Notes: generated from the sequence alone by a model not told the origin. A stretch of DNA of 64,000 bases from Candidatus Poribacteria bacterium (GCA_965197475.1 CBDANF010000003.1:2496001-2560000); one strand, 5' to 3'; positions 1-10,727 are shown, counted from the first letter of the stretch. Translations and numbers: made by a program.

Positions 1-581
1 CCGCGCGCAGCATCATAGGTGACATCCTCGGCGTACTCATAACCCAATTTGTTGTTTTCAGTTTTTAGCCACCAATCTTGGTTTTTAACCTGATGAGGGG
101 GCTTTTCTTTCGGATCGAATCTCGGATCGAAATCTAATTTCGGTTTATTTGAACGAATGACATACCCGTCAGCATTTGTGATAGTTACCTCACTTCCACT
201 TCTATAGCCGCGTCTTCTATAACCGCCAGCATGAGTCTCTAACAATCGAATACTACTATCTAATTCGCTCCATGCTTTAAAAAAACCATCAAGATTTTCG
301 TTAACTTTGTTAGTAATAATAATTTTTTGAATATTAGGCAGTTCCGTACGGATTTTTCGTATCTTGTCAGAAATAGCGCGATCTACTCGGAAAAGTTTTT
401 CTTGTGCAAGTAAAGCCAAACCTTCGCCAACACTGCTTTTCAAAGCGTTTCCTCCTAACACTTTGATAGTCAATGAAACAACTAATAACGGCGTGAGCGA
501 AACAAGCAGAAACAGAACAACCTGTTGACCACGCAGTCCCATCTTAAACCAAAAACGCATCACAGGTTTTTTGTCCTTCAT
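1..581 (-). CDS. Partial membrane sensor protein (N-terminal TM helix plus Cache-like extracytoplasmic domain), runs off the window edge
   Basis: Manual translation from ATG at 581 (AGGAG RBS upstream): MKDKKPVMRFWFKMGLRGQQVVLFLLVSLTPLLVVSLTIK...WWLKTENNKLGYEYAEDVTYDAAR. Lies downstream of a STAS gene, so a SpoIIE-type phosphatase or a kinase is plausible (inference). Confidence 0.6.
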   Translation of the reverse strand, partial: MKDKKPVMRFWFKMGLRGQQVVLFLLVSLTPLLVVSLTIKVLGGNALKSSVGEGLALLAQEKLFRVDRAISDKIRKIRTELPNIQKIIITNKVNENLDGFFKAWSELDSSIRLLETHAGGYRRRGYRSGSEVTITNADGYVIRSNKPKLDFDPRFDPKEKPPHQVKNQDWWLKTENNKLGYEYAEDVTYDAAR

Positions 582-666
582 TTCTGCTCTCCTGTAGAGG
601 AAGGCTTCTTCACGTTTGTTCAGAAACTCATGCCGCATTAGCGAGTACTATGTTGAATCCCCCAAC

Positions 667-1002
667 TTACGAAAAAGCGTTGCGCGCGGCCTCCTCAGTC
701 TCGTATACCTCTAAAATTGACGTAAGACGTGTAACTTCCAATATGCTGCTGACGGCTTTTTGCGGATTCAGCAGCACCAATTTTCCACCCGATCTTTGCA
801 AAACTTGTAGTGTCACAATTATGACACCAAGTGCAGTGCTGTCAAGGAGTGGGACGTTCTTTAAATCAATAATCAGTTTATTGTTCCCATTTTGCAGTTG
901 CTGTTCTATCTCCTCACTGAACTGTATAACTGTATTGCCAATAATTTTTCCCTCAACGTGGACAACTGCAGTATTTTGAGCGTCTGTTGTAATATCAAAC
1001 AT
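667..1002 (-). CDS. STAS-domain anti-sigma factor antagonist
   Basis: DLKNVPLLDSTALGVII motif with the phosphorylatable Ser; likely start ATG 1002 after a GGAAGGAG RBS. Confidence 0.9.
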   Translation of the reverse strand: MFDITTDAQNTAVVHVEGKIIGNTVIQFSEEIEQQLQNGNNKLIIDLKNVPLLDSTALGVIIVTLQVLQRSGGKLVLLNPQKAVSSILEVTRLTSILEVYETEEAARNAFS

Positions 1003-1065
1003 TCCATAAATCTCCTTCCCTGGTGAGCTGCTATTGCCAAACAAATTATAGTAAAGCTTGTAATT

Positions 1066-1187
1066 CAGGACTTACGCAGCTGGTTCACAAGTTCCCTTGA
1101 TAAGGGGGATTTAGGGGGTTAAAATACCGAAATAACGACTTTTTAAGTCCAATATTTCCTTTTTTTACTCAATTTGCGTAAGTTCTG
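1066..1187. mobile_element. MITE with CAGGACTTACGCA / TGCGTAAGTTCTG terminal inverted repeats
   Basis: 13-bp imperfect TIRs, TAATT direct repeat on both flanks, internal CCCTTGATAAGGGGGATTTAGGGGG repeat. Confidence 0.75.
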
Positions 1188-1305
1188 TAATTATTGAGAC
1201 ACCGTTGATAGCGCGCCTACAAGCGAGTGTCTACTTATCTCTATACTTTACTATAAATCATCACATAACGCAACTACAGACAAGAACCGTAAGTTGCCTG
1301 AATTC

Positions 1306-1980
1306 TTAACTCCCTGTATCAACACGACTTATAACAATGTAGTTGCGATTAAGTTGTGCAATACGGCTTGTGTGCACCCTTTCAATTTTTGCACCAAGTT
1401 GATGCAGTGCTTTCTCGCTTTGGAGAATCTCCTTATCTTTCTCATTGGATTTATAGGCTATCCATCTACCGGTAGCGTTAAGCAACGGCAAACAATATGT
1501 TGCTGACTTTGTCAGCGCGGCAACATAACGTGTCAAGACCCAATCGTAAGTATTTACAAACGCATCGCTTTCAGCACAAATTTCAGCACGTTTCGCGAAA
1601 ACCTGAATTGATGTATCAAATCCTAATTGAGAAATCAGATATTTGAGAAATGCAACCTTCTTATGAGAGGCTTCAACAAGCGTGAGACGAATATCGGGGA
1701 TATAGATTTTAAGCACAACTCCCGGAAAACCGGCACCGGTCCCAACGTCAATAACGGTGTGTCCTGCCTCAATAGTCCAATGTTCAAGGACACTTACGGA
1801 ATCAAGGAAATGTTTGTAGATCACCTCTGTGTCGTCACGAAGTGCCGTTAGGTTAATATGCGTGTTCCACCGTTTCAATTCCGAGTGATACACGGTCAAC
1901 TGTTCAATCTGCGTTGATGTCAGTGGAAATCCGTAACGGTTGAAAACTTGTTTAAGTAAATGGCGAAATTGTGTCTCCAT
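1306..1980 (-). CDS. rsmG: 16S rRNA m7G527 methyltransferase
   Basis: WNTHINLTA, HFLDS and DVGTGAGFPG motifs; downstream of mnmG. Confidence 0.95.
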   Translation of the reverse strand: METQFRHLLKQVFNRYGFPLTSTQIEQLTVYHSELKRWNTHINLTALRDDTEVIYKHFLDSVSVLEHWTIEAGHTVIDVGTGAGFPGVVLKIYIPDIRLTLVEASHKKVAFLKYLISQLGFDTSIQVFAKRAEICAESDAFVNTYDWVLTRYVAALTKSATYCLPLLNATGRWIAYKSNEKDKEILQSEKALHQLGAKIERVHTSRIAQLNRNYIVISRVDTGS

Positions 1981-2035
1981 GTTTTTAGCAATGACTATTC
2001 TAATTCAAAGTCGCAGAAACCTCCCGAGTGTTGCG

Positions 2036-3910
2036 TTATCGGTTTTGCTGATGCAGCATGACCATTAAAATTGAGATGTCCGCGGGGGAAACGCCAGGAA
2101 GCCGCGACGCTTGCCCTATAGAAGCAGGACGAATTTTTTCGAGTTTCTCACGTGCTTCCGTTTTCAACCCGCGTACATCCACATAGTGGAACGTATCCGG
2201 TATGCGGAGGTTCTCCAATTTTTTGAACTGATGAATCTGTCGTTGTTGCCGTTGGATATAACCATCGTATTTAATTTGGATTTCGACCTGTTCTGTAACC
2301 GCAGATGGCAGATCTTTTGATGATGGTGCCAGACACGCTATGTGTTCATAACAGAGTTCAGGACGTTTGAGCAGGTCTGCCAACAACGTAGGCTGCTTCA
2401 ACGCCCCAGTTTTGACGATATTTGTCAACCTATCAACGGTCATTGCGTTGGGTATTAGACGCGTTTCACCCAACCGCTTAAGTTCTGACTGAATAAATGA
2501 CGCTTTCTGTTGGAATCTGTTGTATGTGTCATCATCAACAAGTCCAATCTGTCTACCGATTTCGGTGAGGCGCAGATCGGCATTATCCTCTCGTAAAGCT
2601 AACCTATATTCCGCACGCGATGTGAACATGCGGTAGGGTTCACGGATGTCCAACGTAACCAAATCGTCAATGAGAACGGCTATGTAGGCTTGGGACCTGT
2701 CAAGGATGAGGGATTCTTCACCTTTTACCTTCAACGCGGCATTGATTCCCGCCATCAATCCTTGCGCTGCGGCTTCCTCATAACCGGTAGTGCCGTTAAG
2801 TTGCCCTGCGAAATAGAGCCCAGGAACCCCTTTTGTCTCAAGTGTCGGTTGGAGTTGGGTAGCAGGTGCAAAGTCATATTCGACAGCGTATCCAAAGCGC
2901 ATAATCTCTGCGTTCTCTAATCCTTTGATACTATGCACCATGTCCACCTGCACATCTTCAGGCAAGCTTGCAGAAATGCCGTTGAGGTATATCTCATCGG
3001 TATCTAAACCTTCCGGTTCAACAAAGACCTGATGTTTCGTTTTTTCGGCAAAACGGACAACTTTATCTTCAATTGAGGGACAATAACGGGGTCCGATGCC
3101 GACGATGCGACCACTGTACATCGCGGAACGGTGAAGGTTTTTTCGGATAACGTCATGTGTTTTTTCATTGGTATAGGTAAGGTAACACGGTACTTGCGGC
3201 TGCGTAATACGTTCAGTAGAAAATGAGAACGGAAGCGGATCTTCATCACCCGGTTGAATTTCCATCTGGTTAATGTCAATGGTGTGTGCATTCACACGAG
3301 GTGGTGTGCCCGTTTTGAGCCTGCCAATCTCAAAGCCAAGGTTCAGAAAACTTTCAGAGAGTTTTTCGGCAGAGGATTCGCCTGCCCTGCCAGCACTATA
3401 CGACACATCTCCGATATGAATTAACCCTCTCAAAAAAGTGCCTGTTGTTAGAATCACAGCATTTCCAAAATAAGCAGTCTGTGTTTGGCTTTTAATCCCA
3501 ACGCACCGTCCATTTTCGGTAAGCAATTCTTCCACTAATACTTGTTTGATGTCAAGCCGTTCTTGCCTTTCCAACACACGCTTCATCTCATCTTGGTAAG
3601 CCTTTTTGTCTGCCTGTGCGCGGCTTGATCGTACCGCCGGCCCCTTTTTGGTATTCAAGCGGCGGAATTGGATGCCGGTCTTATCAATGTTTTTTGCCAT
3701 CTCCCCGCCGAGCGCGTCTATCTCCTTCACGAGATGCCCTTTGGCGAGTCCACCGATAGCAGGATTGCAAGACATCTTTGCAATAGTATCCAGATTGATG
3801 GTGACGATGAGTGTTTCACAACCCATGCGCGCAGCGGCAAGCGCAGCTTCACATCCAGCATGGCCTGCTCCTACAACAATAACATCGTAATTTTTGTGAT
3901 ATGTATTCAT
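2036..3910 (-). CDS. mnmG: tRNA uridine-5-carboxymethylaminomethyl modification enzyme GidA
   Basis: GAGHAGCEAA, MSCNPAIGG, GPRYCPSIEDK and GTTGYEEAAAQG motifs. Confidence 0.98.
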   Translation of the reverse strand: MNTYHKNYDVIVVGAGHAGCEAALAAARMGCETLIVTINLDTIAKMSCNPAIGGLAKGHLVKEIDALGGEMAKNIDKTGIQFRRLNTKKGPAVRSSRAQADKKAYQDEMKRVLERQERLDIKQVLVEELLTENGRCVGIKSQTQTAYFGNAVILTTGTFLRGLIHIGDVSYSAGRAGESSAEKLSESFLNLGFEIGRLKTGTPPRVNAHTIDINQMEIQPGDEDPLPFSFSTERITQPQVPCYLTYTNEKTHDVIRKNLHRSAMYSGRIVGIGPRYCPSIEDKVVRFAEKTKHQVFVEPEGLDTDEIYLNGISASLPEDVQVDMVHSIKGLENAEIMRFGYAVEYDFAPATQLQPTLETKGVPGLYFAGQLNGTTGYEEAAAQGLMAGINAALKVKGEESLILDRSQAYIAVLIDDLVTLDIREPYRMFTSRAEYRLALREDNADLRLTEIGRQIGLVDDDTYNRFQQKASFIQSELKRLGETRLIPNAMTVDRLTNIVKTGALKQPTLLADLLKRPELCYEHIACLAPSSKDLPSAVTEQVEIQIKYDGYIQRQQRQIHQFKKLENLRIPDTFHYVDVRGLKTEAREKLEKIRPASIGQASRLPGVSPADISILMVMLHQQNR

Positions 3911-3967
3911 CTTTCGTAGAATTTTTATGATATGGGTATCCTACTGATTCCGGTCCATTTGAAAACT

Positions 3968-4396
3968 TTAATTCCCTTCAGGTTCCGGGTCAGCGATACT
4001 CACAAAGTAATTCGGTTCCGCGTGCTCAACACCAGGAACAGTAACCAATTCCTCTATAATCGGCAAAACATCAAAGTCACCTATATATATAACTTCAGCA
4101 CGAATAAAATCAAATATATCCGTTACCTCTGGTTTGTACCCTTTTTCGGCAAGAAACTTTTTCACAGCAGGTATAGGTGAAGTGTGTTGTGCCCAAGTTG
4201 CTTCATCGTACTGTACTAATATGACACCGCATTCATACTCACTATCCTGTTGACAAGGTTCGCCAGATGCCGGGCCTTCAGTAATCGGTTCAGGTAAAAC
4301 TTTGTCAATAGGAGATGGTTCAGGTTCCATCTGTTTCTCACACCCGATAAGAATCCCAATGCTGAGTATAACTATAAAAAGTGTAAAAAATCTCAT
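3968..4396 (-). CDS. Hypothetical lipoprotein
   Basis: Signal peptide with lipobox LIGC; C-terminal HAEPNY resembles a subtilisin pro-domain (I9-like). Confidence 0.6.
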   Translation of the reverse strand: MRFFTLFIVILSIGILIGCEKQMEPEPSPIDKVLPEPITEGPASGEPCQQDSEYECGVILVQYDEATWAQHTSPIPAVKKFLAEKGYKPEVTDIFDFIRAEVIYIGDFDVLPIIEELVTVPGVEHAEPNYFVSIADPEPEGN

Positions 4397-5355
4397 TTTT
4401 TACCTCCTAGTCCTTTATAAATAATGTTAAGAACAAGTGTGCCCACAATCTCCAAACTTTTCGGACTACATTTGTCCACTGTATCTTCAAGCGTATGCCA
4501 GTGCGGATAATCAAAATCAATAATATTAACCATCGGTATGCCAGCTTTGATTAACGGAACATGGTCATCCATGACTGCGGGACCTAATTTGCGTTGAAAT
4601 GGGGCTAAACCGAGGTTTTCCGCCTGCTTCCAGATGGCATCCGCAAATTCGCGGTTTGCCACCCAAGAGTATCGTTCTATTGGTATCTGTAAATCCTTAT
4701 CGCCGATCATATCCAAAAGAATGCCGTAGTCGGGTTCCCATTTTCCCATGTTTTTTGCGAAGTAGCGGGACCCCATGAACATTTGGTCGGTTGTTTTTCC
4801 ATAATCCTCGCCATCAAACAAAATAATAATAATTCGTTTCGGTGGTGGTGTTTCCTTTAATATCCTTGCGATTTCAAGTAAAACTGCCACACCTGAGGCA
4901 CCATCATTCGCTCCAACAATAGGCTCACGCTGATTTTCCTGATTCGGGTCTTTATCAGCACAAGGGCGCGTGTCCCAATGTGCTGCGAGAAGAAGTGTTT
5001 CACTATGACTACTGCCGAATTCAGCGATGATGTTGTTCATGTGCAGCGTTTTGCGTTGCGGTGGAACAGTATTCGTATCTACATCATAAGTGTAGGGTTG
5101 AAGCGTCACAGTATCAGCATATTTCTTGAGTTCGGTGAAAAGATAGTCCCTTGTTTTCCGATGTGCTTCTGAATCCGGAGGGCGCGGTCCGAATTCACAC
5201 TGCTTTTTCAATATTTCAAAGGCACGGTTGCTGTCAAAGGACAAAAATGCTTTTCGCGATGGTGAGTTCGTTGGCTCCGCACACGCCCAAGTGAATATTC
5301 CACAACATAGGGCTAAAACGAGAACGATCAATTGTATGATTTTCATTGACAGCAC
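4393..5355 (-). CDS. M28 family peptidase / glutaminyl cyclase-like protein
   Basis: AHWDTR, GANDGASG, FDGED, LLDMIG, DDHVP and HWHTLED motifs; signal peptide. Confidence 0.9.
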   Translation of the reverse strand: MLSMKIIQLIVLVLALCCGIFTWACAEPTNSPSRKAFLSFDSNRAFEILKKQCEFGPRPPDSEAHRKTRDYLFTELKKYADTVTLQPYTYDVDTNTVPPQRKTLHMNNIIAEFGSSHSETLLLAAHWDTRPCADKDPNQENQREPIVGANDGASGVAVLLEIARILKETPPPKRIIIILFDGEDYGKTTDQMFMGSRYFAKNMGKWEPDYGILLDMIGDKDLQIPIERYSWVANREFADAIWKQAENLGLAPFQRKLGPAVMDDHVPLIKAGIPMVNIIDFDYPHWHTLEDTVDKCSPKSLEIVGTLVLNIIYKGLGGKK

Positions 5356-5495
5356 GCCTATTATTATTATTAAAAGTAAATATGGAAATCAGAGAGATCA
5401 ATTTAAAATTGAATACTTTCAATCTATCTCACCTGACTTCCTATTTTAACAGATTTGTTTTATATTGTAAAGCCTATTATTGCCTAAAGACTACA

Positions 5496-5643
5496 GCCTA
5501 TCTCATAAATCGTTAAACACGGTTCCGTTCAGAGAATCCAACTTCATCGTAGGGGCGGGTCTCTGTGCCTGCCCGTTGTTTCCGTTCTCAAGACATGGCG
5601 AGGCACAGAGACCTCGCCCTACAAATGATTTATGAGATACGCC
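5496..5643. repeat. MITE-like element with a nested REP-like inverted pair
   Basis: TATCTCATAAATC / GATTTATGAGATA ends; internal GTAGGGGCGGGTCTCTGTGCC...GGCACAGAGACCTCGCCCTAC. Confidence 0.65.
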
Positions 5644-5755
5644 CTATACACTGCGCCTACTTTAGTATAATGTAAGAGGCGCGTGAATTGCGCGACTACA
5701 ACGCTACAATGCTAAAAATAGATGTATTGGTCTTTAGATTTACTATAAGGTATGC

Positions 5756-6355
5756 TTACACTGCGCGCCTACCTTCTAAAGCTTTCGCGAGGGTCACTTG
5801 GTCAATATATTCTAAATCTCCTCCAATAGGAATACCGTAGGCGATTCGGGTGACGCTTACCTGAAACTGTTCAAGTTGCTGCGTAAGGTAAAGTGCTGTT
5901 GCCTGTCCTTCTGTGTCCCAGTTGGTAGCGAGGATAACCTCTTTGACAGTGCCATTGTGGACTCGGTTAAAGAGAGTCTTTATTCGTAGAGAATCTGGAC
6001 CGACCCCATCTAATGGTGACAAAACGCCTCCGAGAACATGATAAAGCCCTTTATAGCTTTCAGTTCGTTCAATCGCCCATAGATCGTCGGGTTGTTCAAC
6101 AACACAGATTTCCTGTTGGTCGCGCCTCGGATTTGAGCATATCTGACACGGGTTAATGTCGGTGATAGTACCACATATCTTGCAATCTGACAAGTTTTTT
6201 TTAACTTCCAAGATTGCTTCTGCGATTTGGTTGGTCTCCATGTCCGGTAGTGTTAGCATAAAAAAAGCTAAACGTTGCGCGGTTTTGGGACCAACTGTCG
6301 GAAGTTTTTGGAGCTGCATGATGAGCCTCTCCAACGGTTGCGGGTAGCCTTGCAT
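5756..6355 (-). CDS. recR: Recombination mediator RecR
   Basis: LPTVGPKTAQRLAF, C4 zinc finger, YHVLGG TOPRIM motif. Confidence 0.97.
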   Translation of the reverse strand: MQGYPQPLERLIMQLQKLPTVGPKTAQRLAFFMLTLPDMETNQIAEAILEVKKNLSDCKICGTITDINPCQICSNPRRDQQEICVVEQPDDLWAIERTESYKGLYHVLGGVLSPLDGVGPDSLRIKTLFNRVHNGTVKEVILATNWDTEGQATALYLTQQLEQFQVSVTRIAYGIPIGGDLEYIDQVTLAKALEGRRAV

Positions 6356-6425
6356 GTTTTCGCCTACTGCTTCGGTTGAATATTGCGACAGATCTTAGAG
6401 AAAATTATTGTTCATCAATCCGTTG

Positions 6426-6734
6426 TTACGGTAGCCCCGGAATCTTGAGACCGCCGGTTAGTTTGCTCATCTCTTCAGACATCAATTCTTGCGATTGTTG
6501 CAACGCCTCGTTCACAGCGGCGACGACTAAATCTTCAAGCATTTCAGTGTCATCTGGGTCAACAACTTCCGGTGTAATGTGGAGTGAAACAAGTTCCTGT
6601 TGCCCATTGACAATGGCAGTGACCATGCCGCCTCCGACGGTTGCCTCGACAGTCTGGTTTGCGAGTTCTTCTCGGATTTCGAGCATACGTTTCTGCATCT
6701 GCTGCGCCTGTTTCATCAAATCATTCATTTTCAT
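6426..6734 (-). CDS. ybaB: YbaB/EbfC nucleoid-associated protein
   Basis: LMKQAQQMQ...GGGMV...DLVVAAVNEA; located between dnaX and recR. Confidence 0.95.
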   Translation of the reverse strand: MKMNDLMKQAQQMQKRMLEIREELANQTVEATVGGGMVTAIVNGQQELVSLHITPEVVDPDDTEMLEDLVVAAVNEALQQSQELMSEEMSKLTGGLKIPGLP

Positions 6735-6779
6735 AATAGCAAATGGTTCCGATTCTCAAAAGAGAAATGGAATATCTCC

Positions 6780-8540
6780 TTATCGGGTTTCTAAAATTCT
6801 TGCGTCAAATATATCAAGCACGGGTCTGATTTGTTCATCTTCTTCGGCTTGGATTCTACGCATCATAGGTGTTGTTTTTACTTCTTCTTCAGACAATTCA
6901 GTGGCTTCATCCGTTTGTGGTGCCACTTTTTCTTTAACAAGTTCAATCTGAACCGGTTTTCCGAGGACATCATTAAAAATCCTATTGATGTTTTGTTTTG
7001 CCTCATTATCAGCTAAAGAAAAACTTGCTTGAGGACAATTGATTTTTATCCGATCTTCTCCATCTGCAGTTGGCACCGCATTCTCAAACAACCCAAGGGC
7101 TAATATACGTGGAAGTCGCTGTTTCACCTCTTCCCAAATGGTAGGTAATTCATCTAAACTACGAACTGCTATTTGATCAGACTGATCCATATTTGAAACT
7201 GGTTCACTCTTTTCTGGATCCTGTTTTGGAGGCGTTTGAGGTGGGGGTTCTGATTCAAGTGAAGAGCGAATAGGGTTTTCTACTTCAAATGTCGGTTGGC
7301 GTGTTTTACTTTTGTGGATATCGGAAAGCGTGGATTGTGAAGTGGTCTCTGGTTCCGCTTCGGAACTACCAATTTTTTGTTCTATGGCAATCAGTTTGTT
7401 GACAATTTCGTCAAGTTGAATACCTTCTCTAATAGCGTTAATCTGAATTAACGCACTCTCAAGCTGCAATTGGACATAACCGTATTCTTTGATTTCGCGA
7501 TTGGTGTGCATCAGGATTTTTATGATCCGAGACAACCGATCTACTGAAATTTGTTCTGCTTTTTCCTTGAGTGCTGAAAGTTCAGATTTTGGACTCTGGA
7601 TAAGTTCCTCAAGTTGGTTATCAATAGCGAGGAGCCGCAGGTCACGGAAATAGGCGATGAGTTGGTGGAGGCATTGTGCCAAATCCATGCCTTGTTTGGA
7701 TAGTTTGTTTAATGTCGCAAGAGCCGCAGCAAGGTTCCGCGCTGTGATCGCCTCCGTAAGTTCGTGAAGAAGGAAACTTGAACCGAGCCCAAGTGTCTCT
7801 TCAACATTCGATAGTGTCAACTCTTTCCCAGCGGATGAGACCAAGCGTTCAAGAAGATTTTCTGCATCACGGAGACACCCCTCGGATTGACGGGCGATGA
7901 GCGAAAGCACTTCACTCTCTGCGGAAATATCTTCATCATCGGCTATAAGTTGTAAGCGAGAAATTATTTGATCGGGGATGAGATTCCGAAAATCAAAGTC
8001 TTGGCAACGGGATATGATAGTCTTCGGAATTTGCGAATGTTCAGTAGTCGCCATGATGAAAATCACATGCGGCGGCGGTTCCTCAAGTGTTTTGAGTAAC
8101 GCGTTGAACCCTTCTGAGGTGAGCATGTGAACTTCATCTATGATGTAGATTTTATACTTATAAGCTGCAGGGGAGAGTTTGACGTTCTCACGAAGATCAC
8201 GAATCGTGTCAATTCCACGGTTGGAAGCGGCATCCATTTCTCTGACATCAAAAGATGAACCTTGTGTAATTGAATCACAAGCTTCACATTGATTGCACGG
8301 TTCTCCAGTAATTACTGAACCTACCTCGGTTTCTTGTGTGGGATTCAGGCAGTTGACAGCTTTGGCAAGAAGACGTGCGACTGTTGTTTTACCGGTGCCT
8401 CTTGGACCCCAAAAAAGATACGCGTGACCGAGACGCTCAGACCGAATTTGGTTCTGTAGCGTGGTTGTCACGTGCGCCTGTCCAACAACATCGCGGAAGC
8501 ACTGAGGGCGCCATTTCTGTGCAAAAACTTCATAAGACAT
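6780..8540 (-). CDS. dnaX: DNA polymerase III subunit gamma/tau
   Basis: KWRPQ, GPRGTGKTT, DEVHML, NALLKTLEEPP and SRC motifs. Confidence 0.97.
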   Translation of the reverse strand: MSYEVFAQKWRPQCFRDVVGQAHVTTTLQNQIRSERLGHAYLFWGPRGTGKTTVARLLAKAVNCLNPTQETEVGSVITGEPCNQCEACDSITQGSSFDVREMDAASNRGIDTIRDLRENVKLSPAAYKYKIYIIDEVHMLTSEGFNALLKTLEEPPPHVIFIMATTEHSQIPKTIISRCQDFDFRNLIPDQIISRLQLIADDEDISAESEVLSLIARQSEGCLRDAENLLERLVSSAGKELTLSNVEETLGLGSSFLLHELTEAITARNLAAALATLNKLSKQGMDLAQCLHQLIAYFRDLRLLAIDNQLEELIQSPKSELSALKEKAEQISVDRLSRIIKILMHTNREIKEYGYVQLQLESALIQINAIREGIQLDEIVNKLIAIEQKIGSSEAEPETTSQSTLSDIHKSKTRQPTFEVENPIRSSLESEPPPQTPPKQDPEKSEPVSNMDQSDQIAVRSLDELPTIWEEVKQRLPRILALGLFENAVPTADGEDRIKINCPQASFSLADNEAKQNINRIFNDVLGKPVQIELVKEKVAPQTDEATELSEEEVKTTPMMRRIQAEEDEQIRPVLDIFDARILETR

Positions 8541-8682
8541 GCTTAATAACCTTAGACAGGCAAATATAGAACCTTATATTTACTACGCGTAGATAGCAAG
8601 ACGATGTGCAAACTCAAAAGCACACCTTTGAAATTGGCAGGTGATGTGTAGCATTGAAACACCACATACATTAAAATATAAA

Positions 8683-8954
8683 TGGCTATGCACCCAGAGT
8701 TGACAAGCCTTTCCGGGCGTTGCCCATGTCGTTGGCTCAAGCCAGGCTACCTTGCGTCACACGAGAAAACTTATCTGCCGCTGCTTCTTTCCAGACCTGA
8801 CGGGGTTCAACAAGCTCTCGTTGCTCAAGACCTAGCTATCAACGCTACGTGCATGGGACAGTCCCCACAAAGACAGGCCGCATACTGGGAATTCCGTTCT
8901 GCTATAGCGGATTGCAGATACAGGGCACCGCTACCTCCCCACCTAGCATAGCCA
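8683..8954 (-). ncRNA. ffs: Large (Alu-domain-containing) signal recognition particle RNA
   Basis: About 272 nt with complementary ends; Alu 5' sequence GGGGAGGTAGCGGTGCCCTGTA; S-domain TCAGGTCTGGAAAGAAGCAGC; upstream of dnaX. Confidence 0.92.
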
Positions 8955-9041
8955 AGCCGTTAAAGTTGTTCATCAAATGTGAAATATGCTGGTCGGGATA
9001 CGATCAGTTGCCGCGTAAAAAACCGACCTTACTCCTAAAAA

Positions 9042-9133
9042 TGGCGGAGAGAGTGGGATTCGAACCCACGGTACTGCAAAACAGCACACATGATTTCCAG
9101 TCATGCCAGTTCAACCAACTCCTGCATCTCTCC
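9042..9133 (-). tRNA. tRNA-Ser(GGA)
   Basis: Cloverleaf with long variable arm, anticodon arm CATGA-CTGGAAA-TCATG, encoded CCA. Confidence 0.95.
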
Positions 9134-9151
9134 GATAAGTATAGTAAAAAG

Positions 9152-9224
9152 TGGAGCAGACGGGATTCGAACCCGTGACCTCATCCGTGCGAGGGATGCG
9201 CTCTCCCAACTGAGCTACTGCCCC
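9152..9224 (-). tRNA. tRNA-Ala(CGC)
   Basis: GGGGCAG/CTGCTCC acceptor stem with G3-U70; CATCC-CTCGCAC-GGATG anticodon arm. Confidence 0.95.
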
Positions 9225-9291
9225 AAGAAAATCATAAAAAGTTAAAAGTGTAGCAAGCACCCGGAGCGTCACATAATATTCAATCAAAAAA

Positions 9292-9376
9292 CGGAGAGAG
9301 TGGGATTCGAACCCACGGTGACTTGCGCCACAACAGTTTTCGAGACTGTCCAGTTCAACCGCTCCTGCATCTCTCC
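9292..9376 (-). tRNA. tRNA-Ser(CGA)
   Basis: ACAGT-CTCGAAA-ACTGT anticodon arm, long variable arm. Confidence 0.95.
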
Positions 9377-9495
9377 CTATTGTGTATGGTTATCGGTTTT
9401 TAGTAATCATTGATGTGCGCGATTGTTCTCGTAATGGTATGTTCTTTTAGTTGTAATAATGTTGTTAGATTAGTCCTTCTCTGTAAATTTTGGAT

Positions 9496-9915
9496 TTATA
9501 ATCTTGGTGGTTCTCCATATCTGTTTTTATAGGGGGACCCTCTAAAAAATCCGCACACGATAAGCAGGTATAAACTACCAACACAAGGAACAAGTCCCCA
9601 TAAAATATTCAACCCAGATCGGTCTGTGTCATGTAAACGTTTGATAACTATAACTATATCAGTATAAATAGTTATAAGACCGGGCGATACGAAAAGAATA
9701 GCTAAAACAGAATCTGGATCATCAGGGTCTCTTCCTACTGCAGTATAAATAAAAGCTACAAGAATATAAAAGAGAATAACCCCTATGGCATACATCCAAT
9801 ACTGAAAACGATTAATTCTACCCTTAAAAGAGAAAAGAAAACTTAACATTTCATTTCCAAATAATATTCTTATTTGAATTTTCGTTGTGCTTTTTGTTCT
9901 TCGCGTTCCTTGCAT
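9496..9915 (-). CDS. DUF805 family membrane protein
   Basis: FSFKGRINRFQYW, KRLHD and NRYGEPP motifs; AT-rich; true start probably the later Met (MLSFLF). Confidence 0.85.
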   Translation of the reverse strand: MQGTRRTKSTTKIQIRILFGNEMLSFLFSFKGRINRFQYWMYAIGVILFYILVAFIYTAVGRDPDDPDSVLAILFVSPGLITIYTDIVIVIKRLHDTDRSGLNILWGLVPCVGSLYLLIVCGFFRGSPYKNRYGEPPRL

Positions 9916-9979
9916 TCATACCCAACCAACTAACAAATCCTACCACTCTCTATACACAATACAGCCAAGAATAACATCA

Positions 9980-10492
9980 TTAACGACGGTTCTTAAAAAA
10001 TGATTTCAATAATGCGCTACTCTCTTCTGAACAGACACCGCTTACCAATTCCACTTGGTGATTCAATCGCTCGTCTCGAACAATATTATAGAGTGTTCCA
10101 GCTGCGCCTGCTTTTGGATCAACGGTAGCATAAACAACCTTCGGAATACGCGCCAGAACTATTGCCCCAGCACACATTGGGCACGGTTCCAAAGTTACAT
10201 ATAAGGTTGTATTCGTCAAACGCCAGTTGCCAAGTTTTTGCGATGCTTCTTGTATCACCAGCATTTCGGCGTGTGCAATTGGATTTCCAGATTGTTCCCG
10301 TATATTATAGGCAGCAGCTACACAAGTATTGTCTTTAACAATTATAGCACCAACAGGCACTTCGTCCTTTTCCCCTGCTTGTCGCGCTAATTCGAGTGCT
10401 TGCTTCATCCAGAAAACATCACTGTCCAAAATTTGACCAATAGGGACAGTATTTGAAACCGCTTTTAATTTTTCTGACTCTTGAGTGCTCAC
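9980..10492 (-). CDS. tadA: tRNA adenosine(34) deaminase
   Basis: EVPVGA, HAE and TLEPCPMC motifs; directly downstream of tRNA-Arg(ACG). Confidence 0.95.
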   Translation of the reverse strand: MSTQESEKLKAVSNTVPIGQILDSDVFWMKQALELARQAGEKDEVPVGAIIVKDNTCVAAAYNIREQSGNPIAHAEMLVIQEASQKLGNWRLTNTTLYVTLEPCPMCAGAIVLARIPKVVYATVDPKAGAAGTLYNIVRDERLNHQVELVSGVCSEESSALLKSFFKNRR

Positions 10493-10515
10493 AAGACATG
10501 CCCCAAGATTCTAAA

Positions 10516-10589
10516 AGCGCCTGAGAGGATTCGAACCCCCGGCCTTCTGATCCGTAGTCAGATGCTCTAATCCACTGAGCTACAGGCGC
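10516..10589 (-). tRNA. tRNA-Arg(ACG)
   Basis: TCTGA-CTACGGA-TCAGA anticodon arm; GCGCCTG/CAGGCGC acceptor stem. Confidence 0.95.
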
Positions 10590-10727
10590 ATCTTTCACCA
10601 ACACATGGCGATCAAAATATGATTTAGTTAGGTTTTACTACGTTCAACTCAACCGACAAACTTAACACACGTTATACAGCACACAACACCGATTCAGATG
10701 GTGTGTAGGTGATTATAAGTTGAAAAA

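Noticed and set aside
8682-9178. Short ORFs over 8.7-9.2 kb (also 10419-10906)
   Set aside because: They overlap the SRP RNA and tRNA genes.
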